A stretch of 44,932 nucleotides of DNA, filler included, from Sphacelaria rigidula (taxonomy: Eukaryota): assembly GCA_964200075.2 (NCBI GenBank). It is 2 parts of 2 records of this genome, joined end to end, with 100 filler letters (N's around TTAATTAATTAA, not from the genome) between each part and the next. Parts side by side here need not be neighbours in the genome. Positions count along the whole stretch, not along the records: positions 22,520 to 44,932 come from CAXNAA020000336.1; 1 more part is not named here. One strand, given 5' to 3'. The translations under genes were made by a program, and so were the position numbers. Below the pieces are notes generated by a model. The model did not search any database and was not told the origin of the DNA. It was given only the letters and a program-made list of their open reading frames with translations. Shown here piece by piece: positions 22,689-36,212 of the stretch (the stretch's first letter is position 1; each line of letters opens with the position of its first letter).

Positions 22689-24000
22689 GATAGGTTTCCG
22701 ACCGCATCTTTAATTGAAGCAATGGACTATTATTATGCCCATTGTCCAGAGTGTGGTCGTTCTACGCAAAACTTGCCCACGAGGAAGTAAGCACTATACA
22801 TATAATACTATACACTGCAGCCGCAGAAGGCAGCGACTGCAAGCTGCGGGTCTGGATATTCTCGAAGTAAATGTAGCGATGAAAAAGTCGAGTTTGAAGA
22901 CACGCCGAGGCTCAGCCCAACCGCAGATGCCACACCACATTTGAAGATCTTCCTGCCCACCAAGGAGCAAGGTATGCCTCTTATACATTCAGCGTGTAGC
23001 TGTTACCCCCCCCCCGCGCGCGCCGCCCCCCTTTATTATGTGCGTCAAATGGTCTCTTACTGGTATTGTGAGTGTGATTGACCTAAAGCGGCGCAATCAG
23101 CCGTCGAAGATGATGCTGGTCGCCTGCGGTAGGAGTAGCTCTTCAGGCAGCATGTTTTTTGCACTACTGTATGAGTACCGCCGGCATACTATCGTCGTGC
23201 CCAAGGCACACTGACATTATTGGGTGGTCTCGGAGGTCTTTTTCGAAAGGGCCTGTGTATTTTATGCTTGCTGACATGAGTAAAAATCAAGATGTTCGTC
23301 AGAGTGGCGATGTCGCTGGGACGTTGTGTGCTATTCGTTCGAGAGCAAAGTTGAGATTTGAAGTTTCCAGGGAAGAGATAGTCTTGTACCCGACAATCGA
23401 GGACACAACCCGACCGGGTGAAACGCCGATTAACAATTAACCCTTCAGCCGCGAGGATAAGTGATCCGCTGATTCGGCAGCATTCTCCTCATGTCTCACG
23501 TGTAAATGATGCCGATTCGACGGATCGCCTGCCCTCTCTGCCAGGATTCTCACTAATAAGGGGTGAGGATTCCCACCAACTAGGGGTAAGGACCTGGTCT
23601 GCACGCAGGGTCGACTTGTGCAACTCGGCATCATTTTCAGTCGTCGTTTCTTGTAAAGCGGCAGCTCTGGGCAGTTGAGTTCAAACTGGCCGCTGGCGCG
23701 GCCGCATCGATGTTTCTCCAGTTAATCGGCGAAGCCAGCCGGTTAACCTGAAAAACATACGCGGCGAGCGACGCGCCCCGACGGCCTCCGCCGGCTGGTG
23801 AGGGGGCCTCGCGGGAGCGCCGCCGAAGGTCAGAGAAATTGCGGCATTTGACTTGTTTTCCCTTGAAAAAAAGTGTGAAGGGTTGTAAAAAATGTGACCC
23901 CTCACATTGAGGAGCCGAAAGATCCCTTCAAACAATGAGCGCTTCGAAAATCACTCATCTGTAGTATGCAGCAGCAGAGGCTCTCGGTGCGAAACGGAGG

Positions 24001-24102
24001 ATGGGAACAAGGAAGCCAAGGCTAGCAGCACATGGGAATAAGAGCGCAAAACGTTTTTGCGTCGGGCCGACAAAGACGCATGTAGTTGAACAACAAACCA
24101 AG
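24001..24102 (+). CDS. Predicted exon 1 of an unknown-function gene (MGTRKPRLAAHGNKSAKRFCVGPTKTHVVEQQTK)
   Basis: ATG at 24001, 34 open codons and an AAG|GTGTAT donor in phase 0, which matches the next exon. A GC-rich stretch lies upstream (~23690-23830). Confidence 0.5.
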
Positions 24103-24189
24103 GTGTATCTCGTATTTTGTGGTCACGGGTTACCGTTTGTTACTAATTCGTTTTCGGATGTCGTGCGATAAAACGACAAACCTGGCATG

Positions 24190-24656
24190 CAAAGGGCGCC
24201 CGCACTGAAGAACATGGCACTTAAGAATTTGAGGCTCAAATACTTCAAATATTAAGAACTTGCCCAGAAGAACACGTGCTCAAGTTGGACCTGGGGTTAA
24301 GAACAAGAACCCGCACATGAGGTGTACCGCTGCAGCTACATATAACAACAAGAGCACCGCGGCGACTCTAGAACCGGTTCTGACCAAAATAATCCCGCCT
24401 CCAGAACCCTGGCTCACCACAGTACTGTACTGTGCTCGTACAGCAGTACTGTACTGTCGTGGGTACCCTCTACCTACACATTCGTATTTGTTTCCGTTTC
24501 CAACTTGTGCATAATGACTGTTGCACACCGTTTTTGGACAGGGATGGGGCGACGAAATAAGAACATGGCAAAAAAGAACTTGTGCTCGGGTTGGGGAAGC
24601 CAACAAGAACTGAGCCTCGCTCAAAATAAGATGTTCTTGAGTGCGGGCGCCCTCTG
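24190..24656. mobile_element. Tc1/mariner-type MITE in predicted intron 1
   Basis: 26-bp TIR CARAGGGCGCCCGCACTSAAGAACAT (24/26 match). TA on the right flank, TG on the left. Repeated internal aagaac motifs. Confidence 0.75.
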
Positions 24657-27510
24657 TATATCCCCCATATCCCTTCGAGTTGTAGTGAGCATGTGCCGCG
24701 TAATGTTCAAAATGATCTTCACCACGCAACTGGCAATTGGGAATTGGGTTTTGGCATCTATATTTATATAGAAAATAGTCCCGGAGGAACCCTGAGGCCA
24801 CTTTTGACCCTGCAGCCTACTGCGCGCAGAGTCGGTATGCGTGGCATGTGTCTTCGCTGGATACGACGGCAAGGAGCAGTAAGCGTACCATCGCTCTCCA
24901 CTGAACACAGCCTACTGCATGCTGCTGATGCCTCTGCTTCGTGTTCCGCAACAACACTGCCGACATGGTTCGAAGCTATGCTAGCAACACATGAGGGATC
25001 AGGCAGGCGGCATAGCTCACGAACAGAGTAAAAAGCACGTTGTTTGTGCCCGTGTCATCTATGGTTGAATTGCCATGACCAGAATGATAATTACGGCTAG
25101 ACAGCGAAGTAGTCCACCTGTAGTCCACCTGTAGAGGAACAAAGTGACCATTTCGACAGCCGTGGTGGGACAGAACAGTCATTCCGCGCCTCTCGGGCCT
25201 CGTTCCTTGTTGATAAAAGATTCTTCCGCCGGAAACTTCCAAACACACACGGTTGATTTGGTGGGCAGTGGTCTGCGGACAGACATACACACCCCGTCAA
25301 GAGACCACACCCCCCCGCGCTCTCGCCCTGGAAACCCTGGGATATCTCAGACTGGAAAACCATCGATTGCACCATGTCCTATAACTCACCCGACCAGAAT
25401 GTGCAGCGATGAGGTATGTTGGATAACTCACCAGATCGGGGTAGGCACCGCCGAGTTATGTTTCTATAGCTTACAGGTGAATCATGGGGAAAATAGTTTA
25501 CTCGAGTTAACCTGAGTTACGTTGTGCGACGCGTGGGAGTCTTTGATTAGGGCGCGTCTTCGCACTTTTTTTTCGATCGGAAAAGTGCAGTCGATTTTTT
25601 TCCCGTCGATCTCATAGGTCCACCGCATTTATGTTCCTTGAAGGCGTCAGCCCAAAATCATCATTAGCGGCTCGCGGAAAAGAATGCGACGAGGTGAAAA
25701 ACAATCGTTGTCGATCGAAAACATGCGGTCGAAAGGCACGGAGCGGCACTTGACTCCTATCTTACAGACCACCACGCCAAATAACACCTGTTCACAGGAC
25801 CATGCAAAGTCCATCCAACTAACTCATTCTCAGCTACCACCGCAACCCTGCAGCGTAGAGCCCGAGTTGAGTACAGGGATAGATACACTGCAGTAGTCGG
25901 GTGTGCTTTGTCTATTTTTTGTTGGCAAAAACTTGCACATCTTCTCTCATGGTAGGCATCAGCGACGGAACTGCGTGGTGCGGTGGGCAACCGAGTTGCG
26001 TGCACGCCCATGGACAATGCAGGCAGTACGAAGCTGCACGTTTTCACATCGCGTCGTAAGCAGAGAGAACTGATAGTCCTGGGCTGTCTGCACTGCACGT
26101 TACCCGCTCCTCCTTTGTATCCTCCTGCACGAAACACACACACGCACTCAAGACACCCTGATTGCAAGCAGTGCAAACAGTACAGACTGCCTGTACTGTA
26201 CTACTGTACACGAGTGACCGTGTGCCGTTTCACAAATTTCGCAGTATTTTTTTGATCGACAGCTTGAAAATCCGTCTGGACACAACTGCATCAACACGAG
26301 AAATGTTCGCTTGGATCGATTCCACCGCCCCATTTTTTCTATCGCGAAGAAAAGTGCTGAGACAGGCCCTTATGGTACACTCGTGTTGCCCCGCAAATCA
26401 AATACACGGTCATCAATAGTCAATCCTGTCCATTGCTTGTGAAGTGAAGACGGAGTGTTCAAGTATTCCAACGGTGGTCAGGACAAGGGTAGATTCCGAC
26501 TCCGAGTGTTTCGGGGCGTCCGTGATCGAGGTACTCTAGAGTACTCAATGCTTCGGCAGTCGATGGTCGAGTTTCTCCGCATTATTCCGCACTCCCGGCA
26601 GGCGCGCTCCGGTACGCGGGACTGCTGGGCAGAGTACTTCACTGGCTACACCCTAGTACCAGACCGAGTATTGCTGCGGTTGGTACTCCAGGTACTCTGG
26701 GGTACTGAGCTCCTTCGGCAGTATATATAGTAGTCCAGGTGCCCTGAAATACTCGCTAGCGTACCTTTGGCAGCTGACGCTCAAAGGATCCACTCGAGAA
26801 CTTTCAATATTTGTGAAGAGTCCGTGCTCCCAACCACTCCAAAAGTATTCTGGGACGATAGTGCGTGGAGCACCATCCCCCTCCCCCCCCCCGCCCAATC
26901 ATCGTTGAAATATTGGCACGTTGTATTTGCTTCCCTTCTGAGGGAAACACCTATTCGGAAATGCCACCGAACAGCATTATTTTCCCGCAACGTTTCCAGT
27001 CTTCCATGCCTTGACTGAAACCTGAACAGTCGTCATGTTGTCGTGAATGCACACCCTGGATAAGGACAGTAGATTACATTGCCAAGGTGTACTGCGTATA
27101 GTATCGAGTATCACGTCTATTGTCATGGACAATATATTCCGTAGTGCACGCAGTACATTTTTTGACAATGTAATGTATTGTCCGATGTGGGCATGTAAAA
27201 AAAATAAGCTCGCGGCATTGCACATAGTATGTGAACTCACAATTGCTTATGCGGCTTCGTATGGTAGACATGTCGGATTCATGCAGATGCTTACAGCGGA
27301 ATCTTCGTTCTTGTACCCGTAGCGTCGGCGGAGTAACCGAGTAACACCGCTGTGGCTGGCGGATACTGAGATCGCTCCCCACCTCCTCACGACCGCTCCA
27401 CATATCCACACAAAGTCTTCATGGCTGACTACACCAGTGTCGGATGCATTCGTACAGTGACCAACCACCATTGTTTGCCCATCCATCCTTACGCCTCCCC
27501 ACCCACCCAG

Positions 27511-28083
27511 GAGGACAAGAGGGAAAGAGGGACTGCGTGCACCAAGCAGCAAGGTCAAAAAAACTCAACAGCAACCACAGACAGAGGGAGCCCGCGACAG
27601 AATTACCACAGAATGCCGCGGATCAACTCGGAAACCACCAAGCGACCTGAGGATCCAAAAAAAAGCAGCAACAACAGCAATCGCAGCAACCGGCGCAGCA
27701 GCAGTAGCAGCAAGAACAACATCGTCAAGTCGCTGGCTGCCAGCGACTCCAAAGGCGACACCGCCTCCCCCCAACCGCCATCTTCCAGCGGAGAATCCAG
27801 CCCACCAGAGTATTCCGTGCCGGCCTCCGGTCCTAATAGGAAAATACAAGAAATCGAAGGCCGAACCGCGGAACTTTCCTCAGAGAATAAAACGGTGCCG
27901 GCAGTAGTGGGCTCCTCGCGGGAACCAGCACAAAACGCCTCGGTGGTAGCAAGTCCAGTGGGTAGTGCCATGCCCGAGGAGCAACAGCACGGCGATGGCG
28001 ACATGGTCGAATCTTTTCTCCGCACGCTGAAGGGCACTCGCCCCGAGCTCTTACGGACCAGCACCTTCTATGAGGGTGCCAAG
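27511..28083 (+). CDS. Predicted exon 2 (191 codons, low-complexity S/N/K-rich, ending ESFLRTLKGTRPELLRTSTFYEGAK)
   Basis: Pyrimidine tract and CAG acceptor at 27508-27510; AAG|GTTTGT donor; phase 0-0; lies inside the longest ORF of the window (27421-28221). Confidence 0.7.
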
Positions 28084-29075
28084 GTTTGTATATGCAGATA
28101 TACAGTAGTGAGCGTACATACATGTTTTGTCGGGGGGGGAAGGGTCCTCGAAAATATCACCTTTACTCCTCATATCAAGCATGAACGTTCATTCCGTGAT
28201 CGTAATCTCCAGGTACTGTAGGTAAATCGCAGAGTGCCCTGCTTCAGCGGCCTTGTTTGTCTCAGTTCGTTTCATGTCTTATTTTGTCTTGTGTGTCGTC
28301 TTTCACGTTGTGCTTACCGGAAGCCATGCCTCGGCGATTTTTCTCCTTTTTAATATGATGGAGCTCGAGACCGGTAGTGTATTAATAGTCGATGTTAGCC
28401 TCGCGGGTTTCTTGTTTTTTTCATCTTTTGCTCTCGTCGTATCCATTTCTGTTTTTCTCTTTCTTGTTTTGTTTGTCTTCGTTGTGTTGGTGTTTTCCTC
28501 TTCCTCCTTCTCGAGTTTTCCTCCGTGACCGTTTCCGTTTATTTGTATACCTTGGGTATGCCCATCTTGTGACCACCGCTAGATTCGTAGCGAAGCAATC
28601 AATGTTGATGTACGACGATTCAAATCAACCAACCGACCAATCAATCGACCGTAGAATAGTAATAAGATGCATTTCCGTCGACCGAGATTTGCGTAGGGAT
28701 TGGTTTTTTGTTCTTGCTGCTGTGGTCGTTGTTGTTGTTGTTGTTGTTGTTGGTTTGTTTTCGAAACCTACTCAGTCTTTCACAAACTGAGAGCAGGCGG
28801 GATGTGTTGTGGAAGTGTCTCCAGCAGGGCAAGACGACGTCATAAAGTCATTCTTTCGATTTGATGTGAGGGGGGGAAGGGGGCATGGTATTGTACATGC
28901 TGCCGCCAAGTGGTGGCATGCCCGAAAAATGTTTGTTTGTTTGTCTGTTGGCATGTTTTCACTTGTGGTTTATCCTCACACGCTTTTCCCCTTCTCGCAT
29001 TATTCCACCCACCTGTCTCAGCACGTCTACACCTCTTTGGCGGGGCTGCCCGTTTTGCGGAGCATTGCTCCCAGA

Positions 29076-29845
29076 GTGGAGGCCGTTGCGGGGTCGCTCG
29101 TGGACATGACTTTCCTGAAGCCGACACCCGAGGAGGTGAGGTAATTTCTTAGAAAAGAGGGCGGTGGAGGGAGGCAGGGGCTTACTGAGTTGTTGCTTAC
29201 CGTGGTCGTTTGACCATCGACCACGCATCTTTTTCGAGACGGAGCACCGTTCCTACTCTTAACAGAGACACCTCCAACATTTCGGCGCTCAATACGTTTC
29301 TTCCGTACCTTATACAAAATCCATGTTTTCCCTACCGTGCTCAGTAGCGTTATCCCTCCAAAGTTCAGCCTTGGGTCCTTTTTTGAGAAGGCTGACGACT
29401 ACTCCTTCTCTTCACCTCTTGGGTGTGTACTCGATTTCCCAGATCCAGTCATTCAGCGTAGTGGAGACCGTTGCGGAGTCGCTCGTGGACATGACTCCCC
29501 TGAAGCCGACACCCGAGGAGGTGAGGTAATTTCTTAGAAAAGAGGGCGGTGGAGGGGGGCAGGGGCTTACTGAGTTGTTGCTTACCGTGGTCGTTTGACC
29601 ATCGACCACGCATCTTTTTCGAGACGGAGCACCGTTCCTACTCTTAACAGAGACACCTCCAACATTTCGGCGCTCAATACGGTTCTTCCGTACCTTACAC
29701 AAAATCCATGTTTTCCCTACCGTGCTCAGTAGCGTTATCCCTCCAAAGTTCAGCCTTGGGTCCTTTTTTGAGAAGGCTGATGACTACTCCTTCTCTTCAC
29801 CTCTTGGGTGTGTACTCGATTTCCCAGATCCAGTCATTCAGCATA
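29076..29845. repeat. Near-identical 385-bp tandem duplication
   Basis: 29076-29460 matches 29461-29845 with few substitutions; identical ORF starts at 29323 and 29708 are offset by 385. Confidence 0.95.
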
Positions 29846-32130
29846 ACCATCATGGTAACCATTCCCTTTCTCCCGTATTTTGGAAGTGAATTCACTATTT
29901 CGCGTGCACCTGCTGCGTTTCTGTTCTTGAGCTTAGCAACGCACTTCTTTACGGCATCTGTGATAAATTCTCTCTGCAATTCTTTCGAGCCACTATCCTC
30001 CCGTTTTGACGTCTCTACATTTGCCTCTGCCCACGTGCTGATTTTATTTTTCGAATTCCGAGTCGAACTTCGTGGTAGTTTCTGGTGTCCCTCGTTTACG
30101 GTAGTGCCCGACTAGCACTTCCCTGTTGCCCTTCGAACTACTGACCGTTTAACCGTTCTGTGCCCGGAGTGCGGCTATCCCGTCGACGATCTTTCCTGCA
30201 TGGTTTCCCGTTATCCCTTATATTCCTGGCCACGATTGTTCCATTCCGCCATCGAAATCCGTTGTTTTGTTCACCGCATCTTCCCATACGTCCTTCTTTT
30301 TCTTCTGTACCACCTTCTTTACTCCCTTCCGAGCTCTAGTATACTTCTCCCATCCTGCCGTAGTTCTACTCGACATCGGTCTTGCGTGGGTCTCTCTTAT
30401 CACTCTTATAGCCTCGTTCACTTCATCATCCCACCATTTTACTGCTCTATTGCATACGATCAGTTTCTTCCCAATGCCTTCACTCGCTGTGTTGTCGACC
30501 AACTGCTGCCCTCCTTCTACAATCTCCGCTTCTGCTCGATCCCTTTCCATTTCGCTGTCAACTGTGTCTACGCGTTCCAACAGCTCGGAAAATTTGAGGG
30601 CATTTTCGGACATATTTTCTTGGAACTCTCGCCGTTTTTCTTCCATATCGAGTTTATCGATCCTCCATATGTATAACTCCCTACCCCGCCTATTTCTTTT
30701 AGCCCTCGTCTGGCAGCTTTCTGTTTATATTAGGCAATGCTCTATACTTCCCGTGTCCTCCGCGCATACATGCACTTCCGTCTCTTTATTACTTGCATGC
30801 TCTACCACTATATAATCAAGAACGGAGCGTGCTCTCTCGTCTTTGCGTTTTCTGGTCCACGTCCATTGCGCCTCTGGCTTTTGTGCTCTATCGATCAGCG
30901 TCTTCATCTCGTGATGCTCAAGGAACTTGAGCATGTCTACCCCATTCTCGTTCTTCTTATCGTCCCCGTATCGCTCAATGATATATCATCCGGTTGACCT
31001 GCTCTTCCTACCCTTGCATGAAAATCTCCCGCTAACATTATTTTTCCTTGCCTTTTGTACTTGTGTACACCTGCTGCTATCTGTCCAAACCTCCGCTGCA
31101 TGTCGTTCACCCTACTCTTCGATTCTGGGGGTATGTAGATGTTCCCTACAAATAAAATCTTCGTTCCCCGCTCTTGTGGCACCCCTATCCATAGGCTCTC
31201 GTCGCATTTCGTGTCGTCGACCCCTTCTACAATGTCACACAGGTTTTCCTTGACTAAGAATCCTACTTCCCCCGCTCCCCTGCTCTTGGGGTTTTGTCCG
31301 TTCCGCTTTGTCCCCATCCATGCGTACTCTTCAACTTTGCATCCTATTTCCGCGCCCTCTTTTTCGCATGACCCTTGGATTCCTACTGCATCTATCTAGG
31401 TCGCGTTTTCTCACTCGTTGCGCTGTCTCTATTATTTTGCGCTTGTCTGTGGCGAATCCACACACGTTCCACGATCCTATTCTTTACTTCCTTTCCGAAC
31501 CATCACCTGCTCTCCCGGTCTCTCTCCGTTGCTTTTACTTCCATTCTCCCTTGCTTGACTGTTCTTCCCGTTTCCGGTTCAGTCTTTGTCCATTCGCTCC
31601 GAGCCTGTATTCCCCTCCCAGCCTTCCCCTTCCGGGCACTTGCCTGTTCCTGCCTCTCTTTCCCTCCGTTTACCCGTGGACTACGTCTTGGGTTTGCTGT
31701 TCCATTAGCTACGCACAGTCTCCGTCCTACTTTTCTAACCCATGCCGACACCTTACTTGTCCCTGTCCTTTCCCACTTCTTGCTCGCGCTCTGGTTCAGC
31801 GTGACTCGGAAGTGTTCTCCCTCCGTTTCTACGTTTCTTGTCGCCAAGCAATATAATCCATATTAACCCTTGGACCGCGAGATTGGTCTTTTTCTGGATC
31901 ATGCATACTTTTTTTTCACTTGAAATTGATGCCGATTCAAGACTAACCTCGCGGTCTAAGGGTCAAGTGCATTTCCTTCACAACTCTATTCTCGCCATAT
32001 CGCTACGGACGCCGAATACCAGCACTCCTAGCACTTTACCCGTCCACTCCTTACACCTCCACCCGCCCTCCCTTACCGTCTCTCTTCCGGTGGTTTTCGA
32101 GAGTATTTCCAGCTTTGTGTTTCGATTGTT
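29190..32130 (-). mobile_element. Degenerate non-LTR retrotransposon (LINE) with APE endonuclease and partial RT, internally deleted
   Basis: Endonuclease motifs IGSWNVCGF (~31455-31480), GEVGFLV, IYIPP, GDFHARVG and SVLDYI. Linker KWWDDEV. RT start KLKNRNAAG..WIWEIEYTPKR*REGVV. The sequence then jumps to the family 3' end (..GGTCAAACGAC..GTAAGCAAC). Multiple stops and frameshifts. Confidence 0.9.
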
Positions 32131-32740
32131 GTGATAAGCGGGGGCAGGGGGTGGGTGTACTAGTGATGTTACATGCCAAAGCCATATGACTATTGACCTC
32201 GCATCCCTACGAAGCCGAGACGGAGCGCGCCGGGGTTTCGCCGGACCAGGCTCGCTCGCAATCAATCACCAAGCGCGAAGCGCCGTGATGTGTTGGGCGA
32301 GTTGCATGAAGTGTGAGCTGCATCACGCGGGGATTGTTCGACACCCGAAGCGTACTGATTATCTTGCATTTGGATGGCAGCCTCGAATGAGTGGCTTCAT
32401 TTTCTGGTATCGCCAGTTCCAGAGACAGCCACGGCTTATACACTCGCTCATGGGTGTCTCACCAGTCAAACACTGCGTAGTATGATCATCCCCTTTGCGC
32501 GGAATCGAGGTTCTCTCACCCCGCACATTATGATCTAGCTCGGCCACCATCATGATCACTGCAAAACCAAACGCAAGCGCGCAAACAAGTCGGCAACCTC
32601 GTTGCCTAACCTATGCAGTGAGTGACGTGTTATATAGCGTCATTGCCAATCGACACCAAACCCATGAGGGGCTCGTTCCAACAAAGCTGGGACGGAGCAC
32701 GCCGGGTTTTCGCCGGACCGGGCGGGGGGCGTACTCATTC

Positions 32741-32795
32741 GTTGCTTGCCTTAGTCGTTTGACCATTGACCACGCATCCCTGTCGAGACGGAGCA
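32741..32795 (-). mobile_element. LINE 3'-end fragment of the same family
   Basis: gttgcttgccttagtcgtttgaccattgaccacgca..cgagacggagca matches ~29190-29250 and ~34953-35010. Confidence 0.8.
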
Positions 32796-33167
32796 ATAGG
32801 ATACGGGGGGGGGATGTCTCTTGTTATCACGAGAAAGATCCTGAAGAACAAGAAACCACACTCTGGACGACAGATTACCTCGGCAAAGAGTGTTCTGCGT
32901 ACAGTATCGAATATTATGTCTATTACTTGTAATGCACGAAGTATTCGACACTGTACGCAGCACACGTTTTGCCATTGTAATCTGCTGTCCAGGGTGTGAA
33001 GTACACCAACATCTTGACGACAAGCAATAGCTTTGCGAAGGAAGCACAAGAGAGAGAGACGAAGACTAAGAGAAGAGGGGTCGCACTTTACAGCACAGTT
33101 GATACCCGCACCGTGCTGTAAATGTTTTTTCTGACAAGATGGTGACAATCCTGTGTATCGTTCAGTC

Positions 33168-33423
33168 TAGCGATGCCGCGATTGCTCCCTCACCCCCCAA
33201 GAAAAGTGGCTGCTTTCAGGATGCAAAATCTGCATGTGAACCAAAGCGACGAAAGCCGAGCATATCGAGCAGCTGGGAATTCCCACGCTTGGGATCGTTC
33301 TCGCCAATGTCGCCCACATGAGGTGCTTCGTGAAGTCTGAAACCAGCTGTCATGCGCTGCATCACCACTTTCTCGGTGACATTTTTGGGGCTGGTTTGAG
33401 AGGGGGGCTATCGCGGCATCACT
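33168..33423. mobile_element. Small hAT-like MITE
   Basis: TIR AGYGATGCCGCGAT.. at both ends. The flanks gttcagtc and catcagtc match at 6/8, a possible decayed TSD. Confidence 0.5.
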
Positions 33424-33559
33424 CATCAGTCGTTACACGTTTTAATTCACTCTGTGTGCGTATGCATGTCTAGTCAGGACTGCGGCTTAGCTTAGGGTGA
33501 GCCCCCTACGCATGTCCAAGCACATGTCCGATTCTATTAACGTGATACCTGTCCCACAC

Positions 33560-34084
33560 GTTAGCTTGGCTATGTGGTATACTCCATATCTCCGTAACGG
33601 AGGTGTTTACCATGCCACCGGTACGTCCATTGAGAAATGAAATTATGGAGATGCTCATGGGGAAAAATAATAGTTGTTACGTGAATATTGTCCAATTATT
33701 GTCCATAATGACCCACTTCGGCGGACCTTTTGGTGATTTCGGCCGATTTTCGGCGGCAAAACGTCGGATACCGGTTGCACGAGAAGGCGAACTCCTTTTC
33801 GATGCAAGAAGGAAGCTTGAAATAAAATAAATATTTCCCTTTTAAACATCTTTTTCTCGAAATTCCACTTTTTTGGCGGCTGCGGGGGCGGGGCACAACG
33901 CAGACATCGAAATACAGCCGTTTGGGGGCCGCTGACTTGTTTCGGGCCCCAGCCCACGTAGGTTAGCGCGCGAACACGAACAGAAAAGGCTGTCGACTAA
34001 AAAAACGCCCAAGGGTTTGAAAAAATATATATCGCCGATTTCATCGACACGGTTGAGGGTTCCTGCAAGCATAACCCAACTAAC
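33560..34084. mobile_element. Possible old MITE
   Basis: gttagcttggctatg versus the reverse complement of the right end, gttagttgggttatg (12/15). No TSD found. Confidence 0.25.
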
Positions 34085-34519
34085 TTACCAGTATGGGACA
34101 GGCAGGAGTGGGTAGAAGTGTGGGCCATAAGCTCAAGCTGCAATTTGCTGTGCTTGCAGCACATACACGGTATCAGTACCCCCTTTCTTGTCGTTTTTGT
34201 GCAGGAGATGAACTATGGTTATGGGTCCTCTCTCGTTTCATGATCGTCCTGCAGTCCACCACTGCTTTTTGTTTTCCTCGTCACACTTTGATCCGCTGCC
34301 CTCCCTCGGCACGAGTCTGTGGCCTCAAAAAATCAAGGCGTCTCTCCCCGGTACGCACGTACACGCCTTGCATTTTGGTCTCGCGGATTGGATAATGACT
34401 TCAATAACACTCTCGCACTCTGTCAAGTCTCGTCAAACAAACTCAGTCAAGGACGTTTTGCTTACTCATGCACTCACGCTTTCGACGGTGGACATTAGAT
34501 ACTTGTAGAGGAAGAAAAC

Positions 34520-34600
34520 ACCCGAGGCATCGGGGATGAAACCCACATCATCTCCACCCTGATGGTGATCATCGGACCATTTTAATTTACGCCACCGGGA
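34520..34600 (-). repeat. tRNA-derived SINE-like remnant
   Basis: The minus strand reads cccggtggcgtaa..tgg (A-box-like) ... gggtttcatcccc (B-box-like) ... tcggg, with weak acceptor-stem pairing. Confidence 0.3.
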
Positions 34601-34796
34601 CACCGGGGCGTGGCGGCAGTCCATGAACAAGTACCGTAGCAGGGGGCGGGGGTGGGGGGCATGTCATCTGTGTCGTGTTGATATAATGTGCCACGTTGTG
34701 TGATTGTGTATCCCGCGGAACCTTCCGCCTGACACGGCAGTGAGGGATGTGGCGGCGAGACTACTGCTGTACTGAGGCGGCAACGTTCGGGTTTGT

Positions 34797-34836
<40 letters not shown>

Positions 34837-34952
34837 CTAACGAGATCATTCTCCACGCGTTTAGGTATGTAACGGGGAGTAAGAGGGATACTCGGTGATT
34901 ATGGTTTCTCCAGCAGGAAGGGAGTGACGGAGGGGGGGGGGCGTGCGCATTT

Positions 34953-35516
34953 GTTGCTTGCCTTGGCCGTTTGACCATTGACCACGCACCCCTTTCGAGA
35001 TGGAGCACCGTTCCTTTTCCTAAGAGATACACCTCCAGCATTTCGGTGCTCATTACATTTCTTCCGTACATGACTCAAAAACCTTTTACATGTCTCGAGC
35101 CCGTCCCGTTTCGCCGTCTGTGGCTACCATCTATCTCCTATATATATATATATATATATATAGCCATCGTTTCTTCGCTACTGTCCAATACATCAACCGA
35201 TGTCATGCCACCTTCGTTCACGTCCCGCATTTCCCCTCTAGCACGTCCCGTTCCTCCTTGTATAGTTCACATTTTACCACCATGTGAGTTCTGCTCTCTA
35301 TGGCTTTGCCGCGGGGACAATTGTGTGCATCTACTTCCTCCTCCTCTCGACTACTTGTGAATCTCTTCGTACTTTCTGCCAGGTCCAGGTCCCCCACCCG
35401 AAATCGTAAGCTTAATTTATTTGCCGCGTCCATTGGGCCATGCAAATATGTTTCCATCCATGTCCCCTCTCTCAACCCCCCGTATAGTGTTGCTTGCCTT
35501 AGTCGTTTGACCACGC
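34953..35516 (-). mobile_element. 5'-truncated LINE copy (ORF2 C-terminus with CCHC knuckle) plus a second 3'-end stub
   Basis: HGPMDAANKLSLRFRVGDLDL..NCPRGKAIESRTHMVVKCELYKEERDVLE. The family 3' motif occurs at ~34953 and ~35488. Confidence 0.85.
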
Positions 35517-36095
35517 GGGGAGGGAGGGGGGATCCACAACATGGCGGTGTACTCGCGAACCCAGATGTGATCCCGGAGTGACAGACGGGCGAAGCCACAA
35601 TCCATTTCGGATAGTGGAGTGAGGGGCAGCATCATTGTTCTCCGTTTCTGATTTGTTTTATCGTGCTGTCTTGTGCAGCATGATGTGGAACCCTTCTGCT
35701 GTGGCAGGAGTAGCCGGTTTTAAGCACGAAAACAAAACAAGAGAGGTGAGGCTCGGGATAATACGAGCCCTCCCTACCCTGACATGTGTTCTTCGTGTTC
35801 CAAACAAATGGTGCTGCTGCATCACCAATTGGAGTTTTGGTCGAATCCCTTTTCCCAGCCCCCCTGCGCCCCTCCCCCTCCTACTTGGAGTGGACATACT
35901 TCAATTTGTCATAGCCACCCGAAAACGAACACCAAATGATGCATGAGCATACCGCCGTGCTTGGTACCACCCATCCCTCCGCCCCTCCTTGCACGCACTC
36001 CTTCTTTGCTACGATGTGCATGCGGCTGGGTACATGCGGGACATACGCACGCGCAACGCATACAACGAACGCCTGGCTCTTTGGAAACCCCTCAG

Positions 36096-36212
36096 CAAGC
36101 GGAGCGGGGTTCTTTGGCGGCGTTGGACAGGAAACTCATGGAGGCGTTTTCGTATGTGGATGAGATTTTCGACGAAAAGAAGGACGATACGATCGAGGGC
36201 ATCGTATCGATG
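36096..36212 (+). CDS. Predicted internal exon (QAERGSLAALDRKLMEAFSYVDEIFDEKKDDTIEGIVSM)
   Basis: CTCAG acceptor, ATG|GTTGGT donor, phase 0-0 and protein-like composition. An alternative acceptor exists at 36130. Confidence 0.6.

Noticed and set aside
30200-31866. Long plus-strand ORFs (158-182 aa)
   Set aside because: They are antisense shadows of the minus-strand LINE coding sequence.
34205-35745. Extra exon candidates 34205-34350 and 35679-35745
   Set aside because: Splice signals are plausible, but the phase-0 frame needed for 34205-34350 contains two TGA stops, and 35679-35745 needs a phase-2 partner exon that I could not find.
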